Counted from the stretch's first letter, positions 27,201-40,985 are shown. The stretch: 64,000 nucleotides of DNA from Diadema antillarum (GCF_040938485.1 NW_027272035.1:248001-312000), one strand, 5' to 3'. Program-made: numbers and translations. The notes: generated by a model from the sequence alone, not told the origin.

Positions 27201-27735
27201 NNNNNNNNNNNNNNNNNNNNNNNNNNNNNNNNNNNNNNNNNNNNNNNNNNNNNNNNNNNGTCAAGAAGTTGGCAACTTTGCTCCTGTGTCAGGGGTCAAA
27301 GGTCAGGCAATTGAATTCACAAAAAGTAGTACCAGAGGAGGCCTATAGGCAGACATTTTCATGTAATATTTCTGTAGGAGACCATGTTAGCATCATGCTT
27401 TGGTACTATAACATGTATTCTTATTTGTTACTGATATAAGTTATCTTAAACATCTTGAGATTAAAATGTTTTTTATTGAAACAGTTAATTATGTTAGCTG
27501 TAAGCTCCAAGATTTGTCAGTGCAATAAACCTTTATAGCTGAGAATCCCTGCCTATCTTTATTCTTCATTCTGCAGGCTCTCATCAAGCTTATATCCAAA
27601 GAGGGTTTCAGTGAGGAGAAGTACGAACTCATCACAAACTATCCCCGCCGGCGCCTCTCGATGCTAGACTCAAACACCAGTCTTTCTGACGCAGGATTGT
27701 GTCCCCAGGAGAGCGTGTTTGTTCAGGAGCGGTAG
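15070..27735 (+). CDS. UBXN7: UBX domain-containing protein 7 (p97/VCP adaptor: UBA-UAS-UIM-UBX); one exon not visible
   Basis: Exons 15070-15139, 16964-17123, 18016-18080, 18541-18612, 19308-19417, 20260-20406, 20924-21014, 21471-21524, 22340-22452, 23203-23770, [missing], 27577-27735. All are GT-AG and phase-consistent. Motifs: DSVRAPIP, SVFDGLRDFQAET, LEDLFRPPLDLMHKGTF, KWLMVNVQDVREFSCQKLNRDVW, UIM SEESQIEAAIAASL, and UBX end ITNYPRRRLS...AGLCPQESVFVQER*. Confidence 0.93.
15408..16375 (+). mobile_element. HINE-like element interrupted by a MITE
   Basis: TTATTACCTCCGCCAAG 5' end; CTTGGCGGAGG subterminal inverted repeat; hairpin and CTAGTT 3' end. Homologous to 2173-2653. Confidence 0.78.
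15617..15915. mobile_element. MITE with CAGAGACTCCAAC TIRs, inserted in the HINE
   Basis: 13-bp TIR; 7-bp direct flank GGTATGT on both sides; reverse complement of 10883-11213. Confidence 0.8.
17305..17795 (-). mobile_element. CR1/L2 LINE 3' fragment in UBXN7 intron 2
   Basis: Minus-strand translation LSYPERLEHLGIP...(frameshift) MIQVFKILHG...TRGHKLKL...FSQRVVNTWNSL...SVNSFKSKL matches an ORF2 C-terminus, ending in a (CAGGTAATT)n tail. Confidence 0.85.
19498..19614. mobile_element. PIF/Harbinger-type MITE (CWG target)
   Basis: CAG|GGCCCTGTT ... AACAAGGCC|CTG; related ends at 31463-31589 and 46272-46437. Confidence 0.55.
24307..24877. mobile_element. TTAA-target MITE (Kolobok-like)
   Basis: Starts TTAA|AGGGG, has long imperfect internal inverted repeats (GGTGCCACCATC...GATGGTGGCACC), and is related to 13682-14253. 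Confidence 0.6.
25167..25767. mobile_element. TTAA-target MITE (Kolobok-like)
   Basis: ~50-bp near-perfect TIR (AGGGGAAATCCAGTCCAAATATAAGTTAGTCTGATAA...), with TTAA at 25163-25166 and 25768-25771. Confidence 0.8.
27121..27259. other. Assembly gap (139 N)
   Basis: Run of N. Confidence 1.
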
Positions 27736-27880
27736 TGAAAACCCCATTGACAGTGACAGGATGGAAAATGGCTAGTTGAAATGAACAGACTGCAGGGGAA
27801 ATATAGCCTACCCACCACATGGAAAAGTTGCTTGAGGAGCTGAGAGGGCACCTGCTTTTAGGATTGTCATGCTTGCAACT

Positions 27881-27968
27881 TGGTATCAGTCTCTGCATGG
27901 TCAGTCTGTGTACGGTCAGTCTGTGTATGGCCAGTCTCTGTGTGGCTGGTCTCTGTACAGCCAGTCTG
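27881..27968 (+). repeat. 15-bp minisatellite (~6 copies) in the UBXN7 3' UTR
   Basis: Degenerate CAGTCTCTGTGTGGC/CAGTCTGTGTATGGC units starting ~145 bp after the stop codon. Confidence 0.7.
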
Positions 27969-30900
27969 TGACCAAAGGACAAGCTTGTTTCATCATGTAT
28001 GTAATACTCGACCTGTATCCCACATCAGTGTTTGAAGGGCACATTTGATGGTGTGCATGTAAATTGCATGGGACCATCGCTCCAAAAAACACAGATAGCG
28101 AGTAATATTTCTATTTGCAGACATATGGATGGGTTGGAGTGGTCAGAAGCACAGCTCTCAAACGGTAGCATTCCTTTTATTGTTGTAAGGAAATATAGAT
28201 AATGTAGCTCAGACTATGAGAATATCTGACATTGAGAAACCATCAAACTTTGGAAGGATATTTGGAAGTGCAGGTCTCCCATCCATCCTAATTTCAGGGA
28301 AAAGATTTTACCTGGGTGGTAATGCTACTGGGATGCCAGATTCCTCTTGTTTCCTGAAGACAATGCAATGTATCTCAGTGAGAGAGGTGTGAATATGTTA
28401 AAAATCTACATTTCTCTAGTTTTTTAGATTACTCGGATAAGTGTGGAGTGGTGCATGTGGTAGGCCTTCATTTGTACAAAATTATATTAGAAATTTTGAC
28501 CTCGCTTCTCCAAAACTTGCCAAAGTTGTACTGAAAAACATAAACCTGAATGTTTTTCTACAACATTGAAGCACAGATACAGTGTATCAGTAATATGAGT
28601 CACAAGTATTTGATGATAATGACTACCACTGTGTATGTTTTATGGTATTCAGATATTCATTGGTAGTTTTGCACACTGTATTAAATGGATGCACACTGTA
28701 GAAACAAATTTTTACATGCATGAAACTTCTGTAAATTTCACAAAGAGCCAAGATTTGGGAAGTAAAATTAATCCCATTTTTTTTTTTCTACGCAATGCAC
28801 GGAATGTCAGTGGCAATTCATGAAAGTTTCGTCCCGTGAAAAATTCAGTCAGCTACAACTCATGAAAGTTTCATGCCTTAAACTTGTCTGGTTTTCCAAT
28901 AGTTGACGAGCAAATAAAAAAACTAAAACAAAACAAAAACAAGAAATACATAGAGTCCATAAGTTTGAAAAGCTGATGGGGGAGGGGGTTGGCATCAGGT
29001 GTCAAATGAAGGAATAGCCATTGATGATGTAACACAATCTGTACTTCTGCCCCTACTATTATATAAACCATAAAAGACGAGTCCATTTCATGGAAGTCTT
29101 GTGAGAGACTTTCCTTTCATAAGGCACTCTTACGAGAGACTTCATGAAAATGGATTTGACTTTTTCTTTGAAGTCTGTCATAGCGACATATGAGCGTCTT
29201 TGGCCATTCTGTTGTGTAATCACTTCATGAAACTATCCCCTGGTTGCCAGGGGAGAGGTTGACCTGATTTCATTGGTCCTCATTTCTTGCCCACTGGGAT
29301 ACATTAAAATACCACGACTAGCGCAGGTCTGCTAAAATAAAATTGCGTGTCAGCCAATGTTAGCATTGAAGTGTACGCTCATTGGCAACATTTGACTCCC
29401 AGTCGACATTTGTGGCTTTGTGTGCACTTGGCATAGAGATCAGTGATAAAACTGTACACAACTGATTATGAGGATTCAGGGATACTAGTACCTGTTTGAT
29501 CTGAGTTGGGCCAGCATTTCCACTGCATGGTGTTTCCGCACTACCACATCTTAAAGCCAAGAATACAGCTGTATACCTTCTTTTCTTTTTTGGTCTTTTT
29601 ATTTTTCAAATTAAACTTCATGTACTTAACATATAGTGCTAGAGATAACATTGGTGAAGATAGCCAGGTCCCTGATTCACTTTAAAGAAGCAAAATATTT
29701 ATGATTGGCAGCCTTTGCAGTAATTAGGGCTGAATGTTTAGTCGTGTTGGAAGGGACCAATTCTGGGATGCGATCAAAGGATTGTAATATACATCTCATT
29801 TCCTTTCACAGTAATCGTAGAGATGATCTGTCGTGTGTATGATGTTTATGTACTCTGCAAGAATAGACAACGAACAACTCACACCTAAGTACAGAAAAAC
29901 GAATGCATATTAGATGCGTTGATATTGCAGAGTCGTCAAAAATTATGGCACATTACAGTTAAGCTTCTCAGAGCAGACCTAGAGCAAGTCCAAATTTACC
30001 AAAGCAAATTCTCTGCTATTTCATGTATCTATTTCTCCACCTCATGCAGAAAAGACTTAGTAGTGATTAAGTGTGTCAAACAGTCATTTGATTTTGGCTG
30101 CTTGCACTACTTAGCTGTTATAGAATTGATTAGTGATGGTGTATGCAGGGCTGTACATCAATGGTGGTCCCTAGGTCACTAAAAATTGATGTCAGGCCAC
30201 AAAGTTGAAGAAAGGGTATCATTTGGTGGCCCAATCGGGCAACTTACACTTGCTTTTATTTTGGGCCACCAAAATTTCAGATTCAAACATTTTAGTAGCC
30301 TGTTTCACCACAGTAAAAAGTCAGTGTTGAGGCCAGGTGTATGTATTTCTTATCATGCAGCCATGATACGCACACTTTTGTCTTTTCAACAAAACAGAAA
30401 TCATATTTCAAAAACAGATGGTAAACAGTTACTTCTCACTCAGTCACGTGTTCTTCATGGAATAAAGTAGTCAACTCTTTGTTATACATTGTAGTTGATT
30501 CAGCTTGATTTGAGAAATGTACTTTTACATGTGTACTTGAAGGTACATGTAATTTCTATGAAAGTATTTTTTTTTTGTTACAGCGCAATGAATAACAAAC
30601 TGAAAAAATTGAATTTGTAGAATATAAAAATTTTCCCTTTTTTTTCAGTAAGCTCCAATAGTCCTTTACAAAGTTTAATTGTGCATGAACATTTGTGCTT
30701 CATGATCTTTATGAATTTGACACATTATTAACCAGATGATGAGCCACAACTTTCCTACATGTACATGTAGACTGTATTTGCGTTCAATGGAATTCATGTG
30801 TTACATGTATTATGGGGAGGGGTCATTCTTTGATATTTCCAATACAGCATGTTGAATGATTATTGAACAGAAATTATGTATTTTCGAGCATGTATATTTT

Positions 30901-31106
30901 GACCGTTGTTGTTTTTTTCATATATGTATACAAATATTGAAACACCGGCACATCTGTTATTAAATCATCTGACTAAATAGGAGTATTAAAATGACCTTTC
31001 AATACAAAAGAAAGCTTCAATCAACCTGTGAGTGTGCTGCATTTAATTTGTCTCCTTTTGATTTGAGGTATGTGACTTGATCATGTAGTGCTTTTAGGGT
31101 CACTAA

Positions 31107-31433
31107 AGGCCACCGCACACAACACGATCAGACTGGTCTTAAAGTCGTAAGCCAAGCTGGGTCTTAAGACCAGTTGTACGACCGGACACCGCACACTATA
31201 CGACCTGACTGTAAAGCACGCGCAGTGCGCACTGTGTGCGCTTGCATTTTACTGCATTGTGAATGACTGAAAGCCTACGACCAGTCGTAGAAATTCAACA
31301 TGTCAAATCTCTATGACTGGCGCTGAGACCCAGTCGTACGACTAGAAAATGGCAAGACTGTGACGTCACACTTCTAGTCTTAAGGTCTTAAGACCGGTGA
31401 ATCGGGGCAAAATCGTGTAGTGTGCGGCGGGCT
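31107..31433. mobile_element. PIF/Harbinger-type MITE (TAA target)
   Basis: TAA|AGGCCACCGCACACAACACGAT ... ATCGTGTAGTGTGCGGCGGGCT|TAA. Confidence 0.7.
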
Positions 31434-31462
31434 TAACTGTTTGTGAGATCGATAGTGACCTG

Positions 31463-31589
31463 GACCCTGTTGCGTAAAAAGATGAAATCAAATATAAGTC
31501 AGAAAATCAAACGTAAGTCAGGTATCAGCCAAAGACTTATGTTTGATTTTCTGACTTACGTTTGATCTCAACTCTTATGCAACAGGGCC
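31463..31589. mobile_element. PIF/Harbinger-type MITE (CTG target), near-palindromic
   Basis: CTG|GACCCTGTTGCGTAA ... TTATGCAACAGGGCC|CTG. Confidence 0.72.
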
Positions 31590-32468
31590 CTGGAAGAGCC
31601 CTTGCTTGATATGTACCTGTTTATGTTGGTTCAGCAAGAGTGTATACCTGTGTGTTTGGATGTTAAACTTCAAATACATGCAAATTAACTGACATCATAT
31701 AAATAAATAGCCATTTCAATCAATTTCTGTCACGAGCTACCATGTTATACAATTTACATAGGGTATTTTTAAAAAAAACATACTTATTGCAAGTTTTCGT
31801 AGCTTAGATAACTAGAGAATTGGCTGGTCGGAATTTGCAAAGTTAGTATTAATTTAGTCTATGGATTATTCAAATTTAGACTGTACAAGTGAGCATGACG
31901 CCAACAGACGTCCAATAATTTATGCGCATTGTGCGAGGTATGCCTGTTTTGCGCTCGTAGTCCATGGACTAGAATGAAGTATGAATTTTATTTATTCATA
32001 ATAAAAAAATAGTGAATTTGGACCATTTAATCATCTTAGTGAATTCGGACTTTTCAATCATCTTTAAGGCTTTCATAATGACATGTCCCATGGAATGAAT
32101 AGAACCAGAGAATTCTGATGACAAAATGATTCGTGAATCAGATTTGGATGAACTGAAGATTGTAGATACATTGCCGTATTACACATCTCACGATGTCCTA
32201 TTATCTGGCAATTCCTCATTTGCTAAGAGCTGAGATATGTTTTTTAGATTCATTGGTGCAAAATGGCAGTGAAACGAAAGACACAGCTCGGAATCTACAA
32301 TACTTAGAATCTACAATACATGTACTTGGAGACTACTGTTGTGTTGTTTTTTTCTTTGTCTCTACTGCATCTGTATTCCAGTCTCACCCACACGCAATCT
32401 ATATCATGTATACGAAAGCATTCGTGACATCTTAATAACATCTGTAATATTGAACAACAAATCATTTG

Positions 32469-32634
32469 CAAGGACGGATCCAGGAATTCCGTAAAAGGGG
32501 GAAGGGTGCAAACAATATTTCTAGTGCTACTTCCGGGTTTCATCTACTTTATTTTTCTTTTTACCCTCTTTTGTTTTAACAAGAAATAACGAGGGGACGT
32601 GCGCCCGGTGCGCCCCCCTCTGGATCCGTCACTG
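32469..32634. mobile_element. MITE, 5-bp TSD family (hAT5-like)
   Basis: ATTTG|CAAGGACGGATCCAG ... CTGGATCCGTCACTG|ATTTG. Confidence 0.8.
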
Positions 32635-33822
32635 ATTTGTTACATGATTGTTATTTCAGGATTACTATCCAAACTTAGCATTTTGGATTCAGATGTCTAA
32701 AAGTACTCGTAAATTTTCACAAGTCCTGTGTATATCAACATCTATTAATATACAATCTACTGATAATTCATCACGTGCATACACGATTCTGTCCCACGGA
32801 AACTATGCTATTTGTCATAGTGCATACACTCAATTAATTTGTCGAACACAGGATGATTAACTTCCGGATATTCTCTGTCTTTTGATTCCCCCTATCTTAT
32901 GGCAGCTGACTTGAATAGTTGAATGTGCATTCAAGGAAACCACAGCCCAAATATAAAGGAGACTTCTACACATCATGACGTCATGATACTTATGGGTCAA
33001 AATTCATTCACTTCATTTTTAATCTGAATTTACGAAATACATGTATTATTATGTAGAATGAAATCAGACAAAGAAGTAACAAAGTGATGATGGCGGACAC
33101 AGCCACATATGGAAGAGATGTGATAAGGTATAATGGTAGCATGGTCGAACATACAAGTCTCTCATTAGCATTCACACAAAGATTTGGTGAATTTATGTTT
33201 GTTTAAATGAATCATAAGAAAATGACATAATTTTGGCAGTAATGACTTTGTACAATGGGAGGCGTCGTAATTTATTATAGATGCTGTACTACTGACGAAA
33301 ATTGATGCCTCTTTCATATTTTCTGGTTTTGCGGCGAGAATATCATTGCCTTGTTTTTTTTTTTCACATTGGAACTATGACAAATATCACTGTCTTCTGA
33401 AAACATTATACCCTTCAAGCTCCATAACTTATGGGTTTTTCTTCTCCGAAGTTTGAATCTGTACTTTTCTCTTACCGAGACTTGGCATTTGTATTGGAAT
33501 AATATGTGATGATTTGCCGCTCGTTGTATCAGTGGAATTTCGGAGTGAAATCAAAATAGGTCTCCGAGTTCATTTTATCTTCTTTCAATGCCTCCTTGAA
33601 TTCCCTTGCATGGCGTCTGTAAACTACCCCAAAGAGAACAGGGACCTAGATTGAAGTTAATGGTACAGTGTAAATGCAAGTCTAATCTGATGTATTCCCA
33701 CATCAGATTCAACATGTAAAATGCGACCCCACCTAAGGCTCGGAGGCCACAGGTCACCAATCTCCATCCCGCAATCTCCATATAATCCCGTCATGCTGTG
33801 GGAATAGTCCGTGGCTATATTA

Positions 33823-35312
33823 TCATTCCGCATCATGTGGAATCCAGGAGAATGTTCTTCCCAGCAGAGATTCAAGCTCGGCGTCATATGGCCTATAGTA
33901 TTCTCTCAGCTTTCTCATGACCTCATTATCCACTTCCGGATGGTGTCTCCCCTTGACCTTTCCAGCACAGGCGTGAACCGGCTTGGCCTTGCAGTAAAAT
34001 CCTTTGTGTTTGTCGAAATATACACTCTTCTCGTTGAAGAATTTTGGCAGCCCAAGAAATGTCTCCATCTGCAGAGATTATGACACAGTATGAACAGTGC
34101 GGTGTATTATTTCATATTTTAATGATCTTCCAGATTTAATTTTGCAGTAGCAACGCTTACAGTCATGGTACAGTATCGAACTATTAGTTCATGGTGTCGC
34201 TCAACACAGGATGCAAATATACCCCCGTTCATTGCGCGATTGAGTAACACATATAATTAGATATTAAATATTTCAAGTTTGTTTTTGGAAAAAGTTACAG
34301 TCTTCCCTAAAGGCATATTTCTCAAATATAAGTGATAAAAGAAGTGAAGTGTTAAACGTAAAACATATTATGTTCCTATATCTAAGGTCAATGACACGGT
34401 TCTTTGTAAGAATCAACTCACCTCTTGTAATGCTGGCAGTGGGTTTTTAATGAAGGCGTCTCCATCAATCATAAGAAACTGTTTCCTTGGAAACACCTTT
34501 AGCCACTCCCTAAAGTAGATGACGTAGGCTCCGTGAACCAGGATGGCGTTATTACTGTTGACCTCACCGTTTGGCCGAATGACCGAACCCTCGAACGTGG
34601 TGTTCAGGTAGCAGAGAGCTTCTTGGCCCGGTGGCGCCACACGTGGTATGAAGAACTCGGGCCAACCAATGTGAAGAAGATGCAGATAGTCAGACACTGC
34701 CCTGACAACCGGGTCTCGAATGATGACGATGAACTTGGTGTCGGGCATGACAGCTTTTATCTTGGAGGGTGCAGAGACATCGAATATATAGGAAGGTGTC
34801 TTTTCCATGGTAACTTCATATTTAGACGAAACAGGCATCTGATCCCTATACCAGTCCAGACTTTCGTTCTGGCGCTTGTTCCAGTAATATATCTCCTGTG
34901 GCGCTGAATGGACCAGGTTTGGATGACTATTCAGGAAGAAGGAGAGGGCACTTGTCCCACACTTTTCCACACCAATCCCAATCGCTTGAGGCAATCTCTT
35001 CTTGCAGTCGAGGTCGGCCACGGCTTCGTCAACCTGTTCCTTATAATGGCGACAGCTCCGGACAGCGGCTACTGCTGACAGCTGATTTTTCTGGCGTGTT
35101 CTTGTGCTGATGTTTATAAAACTCATTTCCTCTGCAACAAACGCTTTCACGAGCTGTCGCCTCGATGGCTGCGTCTTTACATGGACTGGTTTGAAAGTGT
35201 TGTCAAGAATTGTTGCTGTCATGTTGTGCGTTATGGCAAGGACCATAGCAACAATGAACATACCTAGCAAGATTGACTTGATGTTCCTGGATGCCCACAT
35301 CATTGATGGCAA
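33823..35312 (-). CDS. HS3ST-fold type II membrane sulfotransferase, paralog 1 (378 aa)
   Basis: Coding exons 35312-34422 (donor GTGAGT) and 34068-33823 (acceptor TGCAG), phase 0. N-terminal hydrophobic anchor, 5'-PSB loop IGVEKCGT, EKTP, 3'-PB IRDPVVRAVSDY, and C-terminal KGFYC...KGRHHP...FSW. An acceptor near 35387 implies an upstream non-coding exon. Confidence 0.92.
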
Positions 35313-38300
35313 TCACCCAACGTTCTATTCCGGACGATCCGCAGGAGCATCAACACACTGACACTGAGTGTCTTCTCAGTTGCCCTGGAAAGATGGCACG
35401 GAGTGAAATGTTTTCAAAAAATAAAGGGAGATTATTAATGATTTAGACATACAGATCCCCATTCAAATACACAAATAAACTTCACTTAAACATAAATAAG
35501 TCCTGAGTATTTCATATCAGGTCTTCTAATTTGTTCTTGAACGAACTCCGTGAAAAAAATCTAGATTCTTGTAACCAGCAATTGGCATGAAACAACGGTT
35601 TACTATTTTCCTACTTTTGCCCATTCAGTGCACATAGCGGCCACCACTCGAGTTTGTGATTCAGTGTTTATTAGAGGCATAGAAAATAAAAAATCATCAG
35701 GAAACATGATTAATACATTAAAAAAGACGAAAGTAATGAAGATTTTTGAGACGCATTAACCTATCGTCTCGTTAGTAGACGGATAAGGATGGAAAAAAGC
35801 TCACAATCAATCATATCCATAATGATTCATGTTGAAGACAGGCCATTTTGGTATATTCAAGATATGTAGTAAACGTAACTACAAAGTAAAAAACCTGTAA
35901 CTGTTGGCCCGTTACCGTTTTGTCAATGAAAATACTATGGCTCAATAGCAGATAGTTGAACAGGCAGATCCCCTTTAGAAATTTCAAACAAGGAAATTTC
36001 ATGCGATTTGCATAATTGTGAACGTACGTAAATTAACGTTGTACATGTTGATAATATACAAGTCAGCAAGATAATAATGCCGCTGAAGCAACGAACAACC
36101 TCAGTATTTATAGCAAACAACCAGTGCACGAAATTTTATGGGACCACTTAGAGAGGAACTTAACTCCAACGATGTTAATCTCCAATCTAGAACTTTCCAG
36201 GTTTGTAACAAGACAAACGCCTGGTGGGCCCTCCCCTGTTAAATTAACAACATAAACTGTGACTTTCTTTCAGTTTTCCGTTGGATTAAGCATGACTGGT
36301 GTCATTTCGCCTACTGCCGATCAAGGAAATAAGTTTTACGTTTGGCATTAGTAGCGTTTGAAATCAAACTTACCTACACAATGGCGTCCACGTCAAAGCC
36401 CATGATTCTTGCAATACACATAGGCAATGTGATAGCACCGCCTTCTTGTACTACAGACGATGCTTCGTAAATATTCAGAAGTCTACTTAAAATTCTATTT
36501 CTGAACCCACAGTTCTTTTGGTGTGCAAGGCATTGGTGGTTCTATCATGAAAAGAATGAGGCATGTCTCTTCTTGGTCAAAAGTTTACTTAGCTTGGTCC
36601 CCAAGGCGCAAACTAAGCATACCAGGTCAACAGACTTAGCGACTTCTTTGTTCAGCATAGCGAAATCGCCAGACCGGACTCAGGCCTCCCCCACTGGTCA
36701 GTATACTGACTCAACTCGATCTTTAGTAACCACTGTCTCAACAATATCATGCTGGTGCACGAATTGTTTGTATCGTCCTTCGGCTAACAAATTGTTAGCA
36801 GTTTGTTAAAGGTATTTGTTTCATGATACTGCCCCCTCTCAGTACCTCAGTAGGCTTGGTCGTCCAAGCGGATAAGGTATGAATAAGAAACCTCTTCGTC
36901 CACCCGACAGAGATGGTAAGAAGCCCAGTTAGTCCGGAGGGTTGACCTGCTTTTGAATGAAAAGTTTTTGTGCGTCTTTTTTTCTTCCTCAGTTTCTTGT
37001 GTTTGTTCTTCCCCACAAACTCTTTAAATAACACTGGCGAAATGGTACTACAATGTATAGGTAAAGCTATACGATGTTGTATATGCCAGAGGTATCCCCG
37101 ACAGCTTATGCTTAAAACAGACACTCTTACCTCTGATATTTATATACCGCTAACATTTTGGCTTTGACATTTCTACGTCTGAGATTTTAACTATTCACGT
37201 TTCACCTCTGACATTTTTACCTTCGACAAGCTGTATCTCCGAAATGTTATGACTTTTGAAATTTCATGATAAAAAATGTTATGAATTGAAATAAGATTTT
37301 CTACCTATATGGATTGTGCAGAGTATTGAAGTGTCATGGATGATATTGAGCGCCGAAGATAAGTCGAATCGATTTTCCTTATAATGATATAAAACAGAAA
37401 CGTAATTGCTTGATCCGTACTTGCAGAGGGTTTTTGAAACCAAGCATACCTTAATTACAAACATTAGAATATCAAAAGTGGTGGAAAAATAGTAGTGTCT
37501 TAGTCCATAGCAAATGTTATGTTTTGGTTCCTAATTTGTATTTGGAATTCCTTAATTGCACTATCCCGTTAATAAATTATGATCTTAGGTTTCACATGCT
37601 TATGCAATGATTATTGTTAATTTTCAACAATTATATGTATTATTTTGGGCATAGAAATTAAATTAAATTGAAAGTGAAAAGTGAAATTCGTTGAAGACTA
37701 GTGAATCATATCTGTCGAAGACTAGTGAATCATATCCGTCGGTTCTATTTTAAGGTGGCAAGTCTGGGATGACAGATGGGTCTTTAGTGTTTTGCATTCT
37801 CTATCTATTTTCCGATATGAGAAGAACAACAGATCAGTGTATATCAAATCGAGTATAAGAATGCACAGGACGGCTGGATTGCCCTATAACTTGGCTGATC
37901 CAACAAGGTACGACTGTTCTACCAAGGGGTTTAGATTTAAAAAGAAAAAAAAAATCAATGATTTGATACAATTACATAGAAACATCAAATTGCTCCCTGA
38001 TAAGTAAAGGCTTGACCTCCTATTACCACTTGGAAGAAAGCTGTAAAAGTGAAAAAGGGACAGGCCCACGCCTTCCTGTGTCCACAGTAGGCATAATAAT
38101 GGTGCATTGTCTCCATTACAATGATCCCATTACGGTTACGGTTAGTCATGTTAGTATTTTCTTCTTCTTTTTTTCAAACTCCGCCAATTAATTCTTTCTC
38201 CTCTCTCTCTCCCTCTCTCTTTTGTCCTCTAGCTGTGAAGTCTTACTATATCAATACAATGTATGGAAACTCTCAAACATTAACATAAACAACATTACTT

Positions 38301-38627
38301 CATCTACTTGATTATTCCAGCAGTGACTGTTTACGGTTTAAATCATGCTTTCAAGTGGCAAGCCAATGAGAGATGGGGCCAGAATTAAAATTGTCCCGTG
38401 AAGATTGGAGGTCCGGATGAAAGAAATTGAATTTCAGATCTAATGTTGCAGGTAAGCATTTTTTAAACATCCAGAACAACGCAGAATTAGTCAAGCAAAA
38501 TATTAGGGTCCTACTTGCTCGAAAGCCTTCAGGCGGAGAGAAGCTTATGGGAAAATGATAAACACAATTGATATATTCAGTTCAGTTCAGTTTCATTTAT
38601 TTTCCATTCGACATCCAACAAAGAGTA

Positions 38628-39140
38628 TGGTTGGGGCACCACCTATCGACAGGGCACCTTCCCATCGACACCCTGCGTATCATGGCTGTTTGCGTATAGA
38701 ACAAAAAAGTACGCGCGGGATTAAGTGTCATTAGCTATAAAAACAATAAAAACGAAGAAACGAAAATCAAACTCAAACAAACCAAGCTAAAAATTACACA
38801 TCCGATCAGTAACGACGCATGGCTGTGAAATTCACGTGTATTACCTATGGCCTGTGAAATTCACGTGTATACCTATGCTGTGAAATTCACGTGTATACCT
38901 ATGGAGGAGAGGGGGTGTCGATCGCAAGGTTCCCTTTTTAGCTGCGCGAAGAAAACGGAACGCACGCACTAAAATTGCGCTATTTTAAAACGGAGATTCA
39001 TAATCAACGAGACGGTCACGACATTCAAAACTGCAGTATTTATGGCATATTTGAGGTAAGAATTAGGCGGATTTGTATTATATTTTTAGAATAAACAAGC
39101 TACAGATCCTTAGGGTGTCGATACGTGGTACCCCCAACCC
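38628..39140. mobile_element. TA-flanked MITE with an internal 3 x 26-bp tandem repeat
   Basis: TA|TGGTTGGGGCACCACCTATCGACA ... TGTCGATACGTGGTACCCCCAACCC|TA. Internal CTGTGAAATTCACGTGTATACCTATG x3 at 38823-38903. A related fragment lies at ~7040-7115. Confidence 0.7.
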
Positions 39141-40985
39141 TACAACAAAATATAAAGTATGCACTGCACCATCACATTGTTTGAAAAAGAAAATACATAA
39201 CGCAATATGAATCGTTAAGTATATGATAAGCACAACAGAGTAGAATAGCTAAGAACATTAATACATACTTTGACACGTGTGACATAAAAGGATGAGAAAA
39301 AAGGTGATCCACTTAAAAGCAAGGTTTGTAATACGAAGATCACTCAAAACGTAATAATAAGTCACCAAACAACATAGACATCATTATAAACAGTAATCAT
39401 TAAGTACAAAAAAGAAAAGAAAAAAAAAACCCAGACTAATCTTACAAAGTTACAACCTGATGCAGCCACTATTCGCTGAGCCGTGTTATACCCAACAAAA
39501 GAATGATGGACAAGAATAACAAACAAACAATTTATAGTAGATACAAACACACATGCTCGTGTTTAAGAAATGTTAAAATGTTAAAATATCACATTTGTAT
39601 TGTATGGATGACGCCTGCAGCTATTACAAGACACCGTGAAAGTTTTCAATGCACTTTTCTCTATTAGTAAGAGTTCTGTTGGATCCCATGCCTTTCAGCA
39701 ATGCTTCTTGATGATAATGATAAAGTTCATCTGAAAGAAACTTGTAATCTATCAATCATCATCGTATCCCGATAAAAATCAATTGATTCACAGTGGAAAA
39801 AGTAGTGGAGATATCTCTCTACAAATCCAATTGAATAAAAAGAAATGTTGGAGAAAACCACAAATTCATATTAGTTACGATATGAAATCAACAGGTTGCT
39901 TTTCTGTACCAATCTGACCGAGTTCTGGAATAATGCGGCGAACCTCAAGAGCAGTTTCTTCACTATGCCGGCCATAATCTGTATTCATCCTTCTTGAGCG
40001 CGTTAAGGAAGCGGATTGCTCAGGTAAAGACGATTCCAAACTCGTTATTTTAGTGCGGGCTTATGAGAAGATACTAGTAATCTATATACAGTATATGGAG
40101 TGCAGTGAGGGAAAGACAGCTACATCACTTTTCTGTCCGTATTTCTGACTCTTTTATTACTCGCCTTCTCACAATGGCGGAGTCGGTCTGGAAGTGGATT
40201 CAAAACTTTTTAAATACTGATGTGGTTAGTCCTATATGCAGATACCATGAATTTTACGCCATTGCATACATAATTTAAACATTAGGCCTATATTCCGATT
40301 ACTGCTGCAGTCCACTGTAGCATGGGGGTAGTTTAGACGATTTACATGGCCTTGTTATGATGGCGTCCAGTTATCAGCTATAATCTACATTTTCGTGTAT
40401 CATGGTTTACCAGCCTAGAGGCAGGGAGGTGCTAGAGGGTTGCTCTCGTATATAGGCAACCTATAGGTTGCATGATAGAGAACAGTTTTGCAGGCCATGC
40501 CTGCCTGCTAAAAACACCCTCTTTTTGTCAACGGGCTGACCAGCTCCGATTAAAAGGAGCCTTTTCCCCCTCTTGTTTACCATACTTTCGGTCAACAAAG
40601 TTTCAATAGGAGAAAGGAAACCTTAAAATACCTCCACTTCGCTAAGAATGTGTCGTGTCGACACGTTATTCCTGCAGTTAAACGACGGTTTTCGTTAGTT
40701 GCTCTAAATTCACTTAGGTCCTACAGCTGCTTTTTCAGTCTATCAAAATCATCACTTTGAGATGAACTACACCGATTTTCTCTCCTTATAATCTGTATGA
40801 TTTTATAGTTGCTTTTCAATTTCATTTCTCTGTTTCAACCAAGCCTCCAGCTCCCAGTTCCATTTTTTTTTTTTTGATGTTTGCATGTTTTGTGTGCGCG
40901 CGTAAGTGTATTTGTAAAATGACCGATTTAGTTCCCGTCTGCTGTATCAAATCAAGCTTGGTATGCGCGGTAAAGATATTTACTG

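Noticed and set aside
28640-29240. Region rich in CATGAAA/TTTCATG motifs
   Set aside because: It is probably a decayed DNA-transposon remnant; no paired termini or TSD could be defined.
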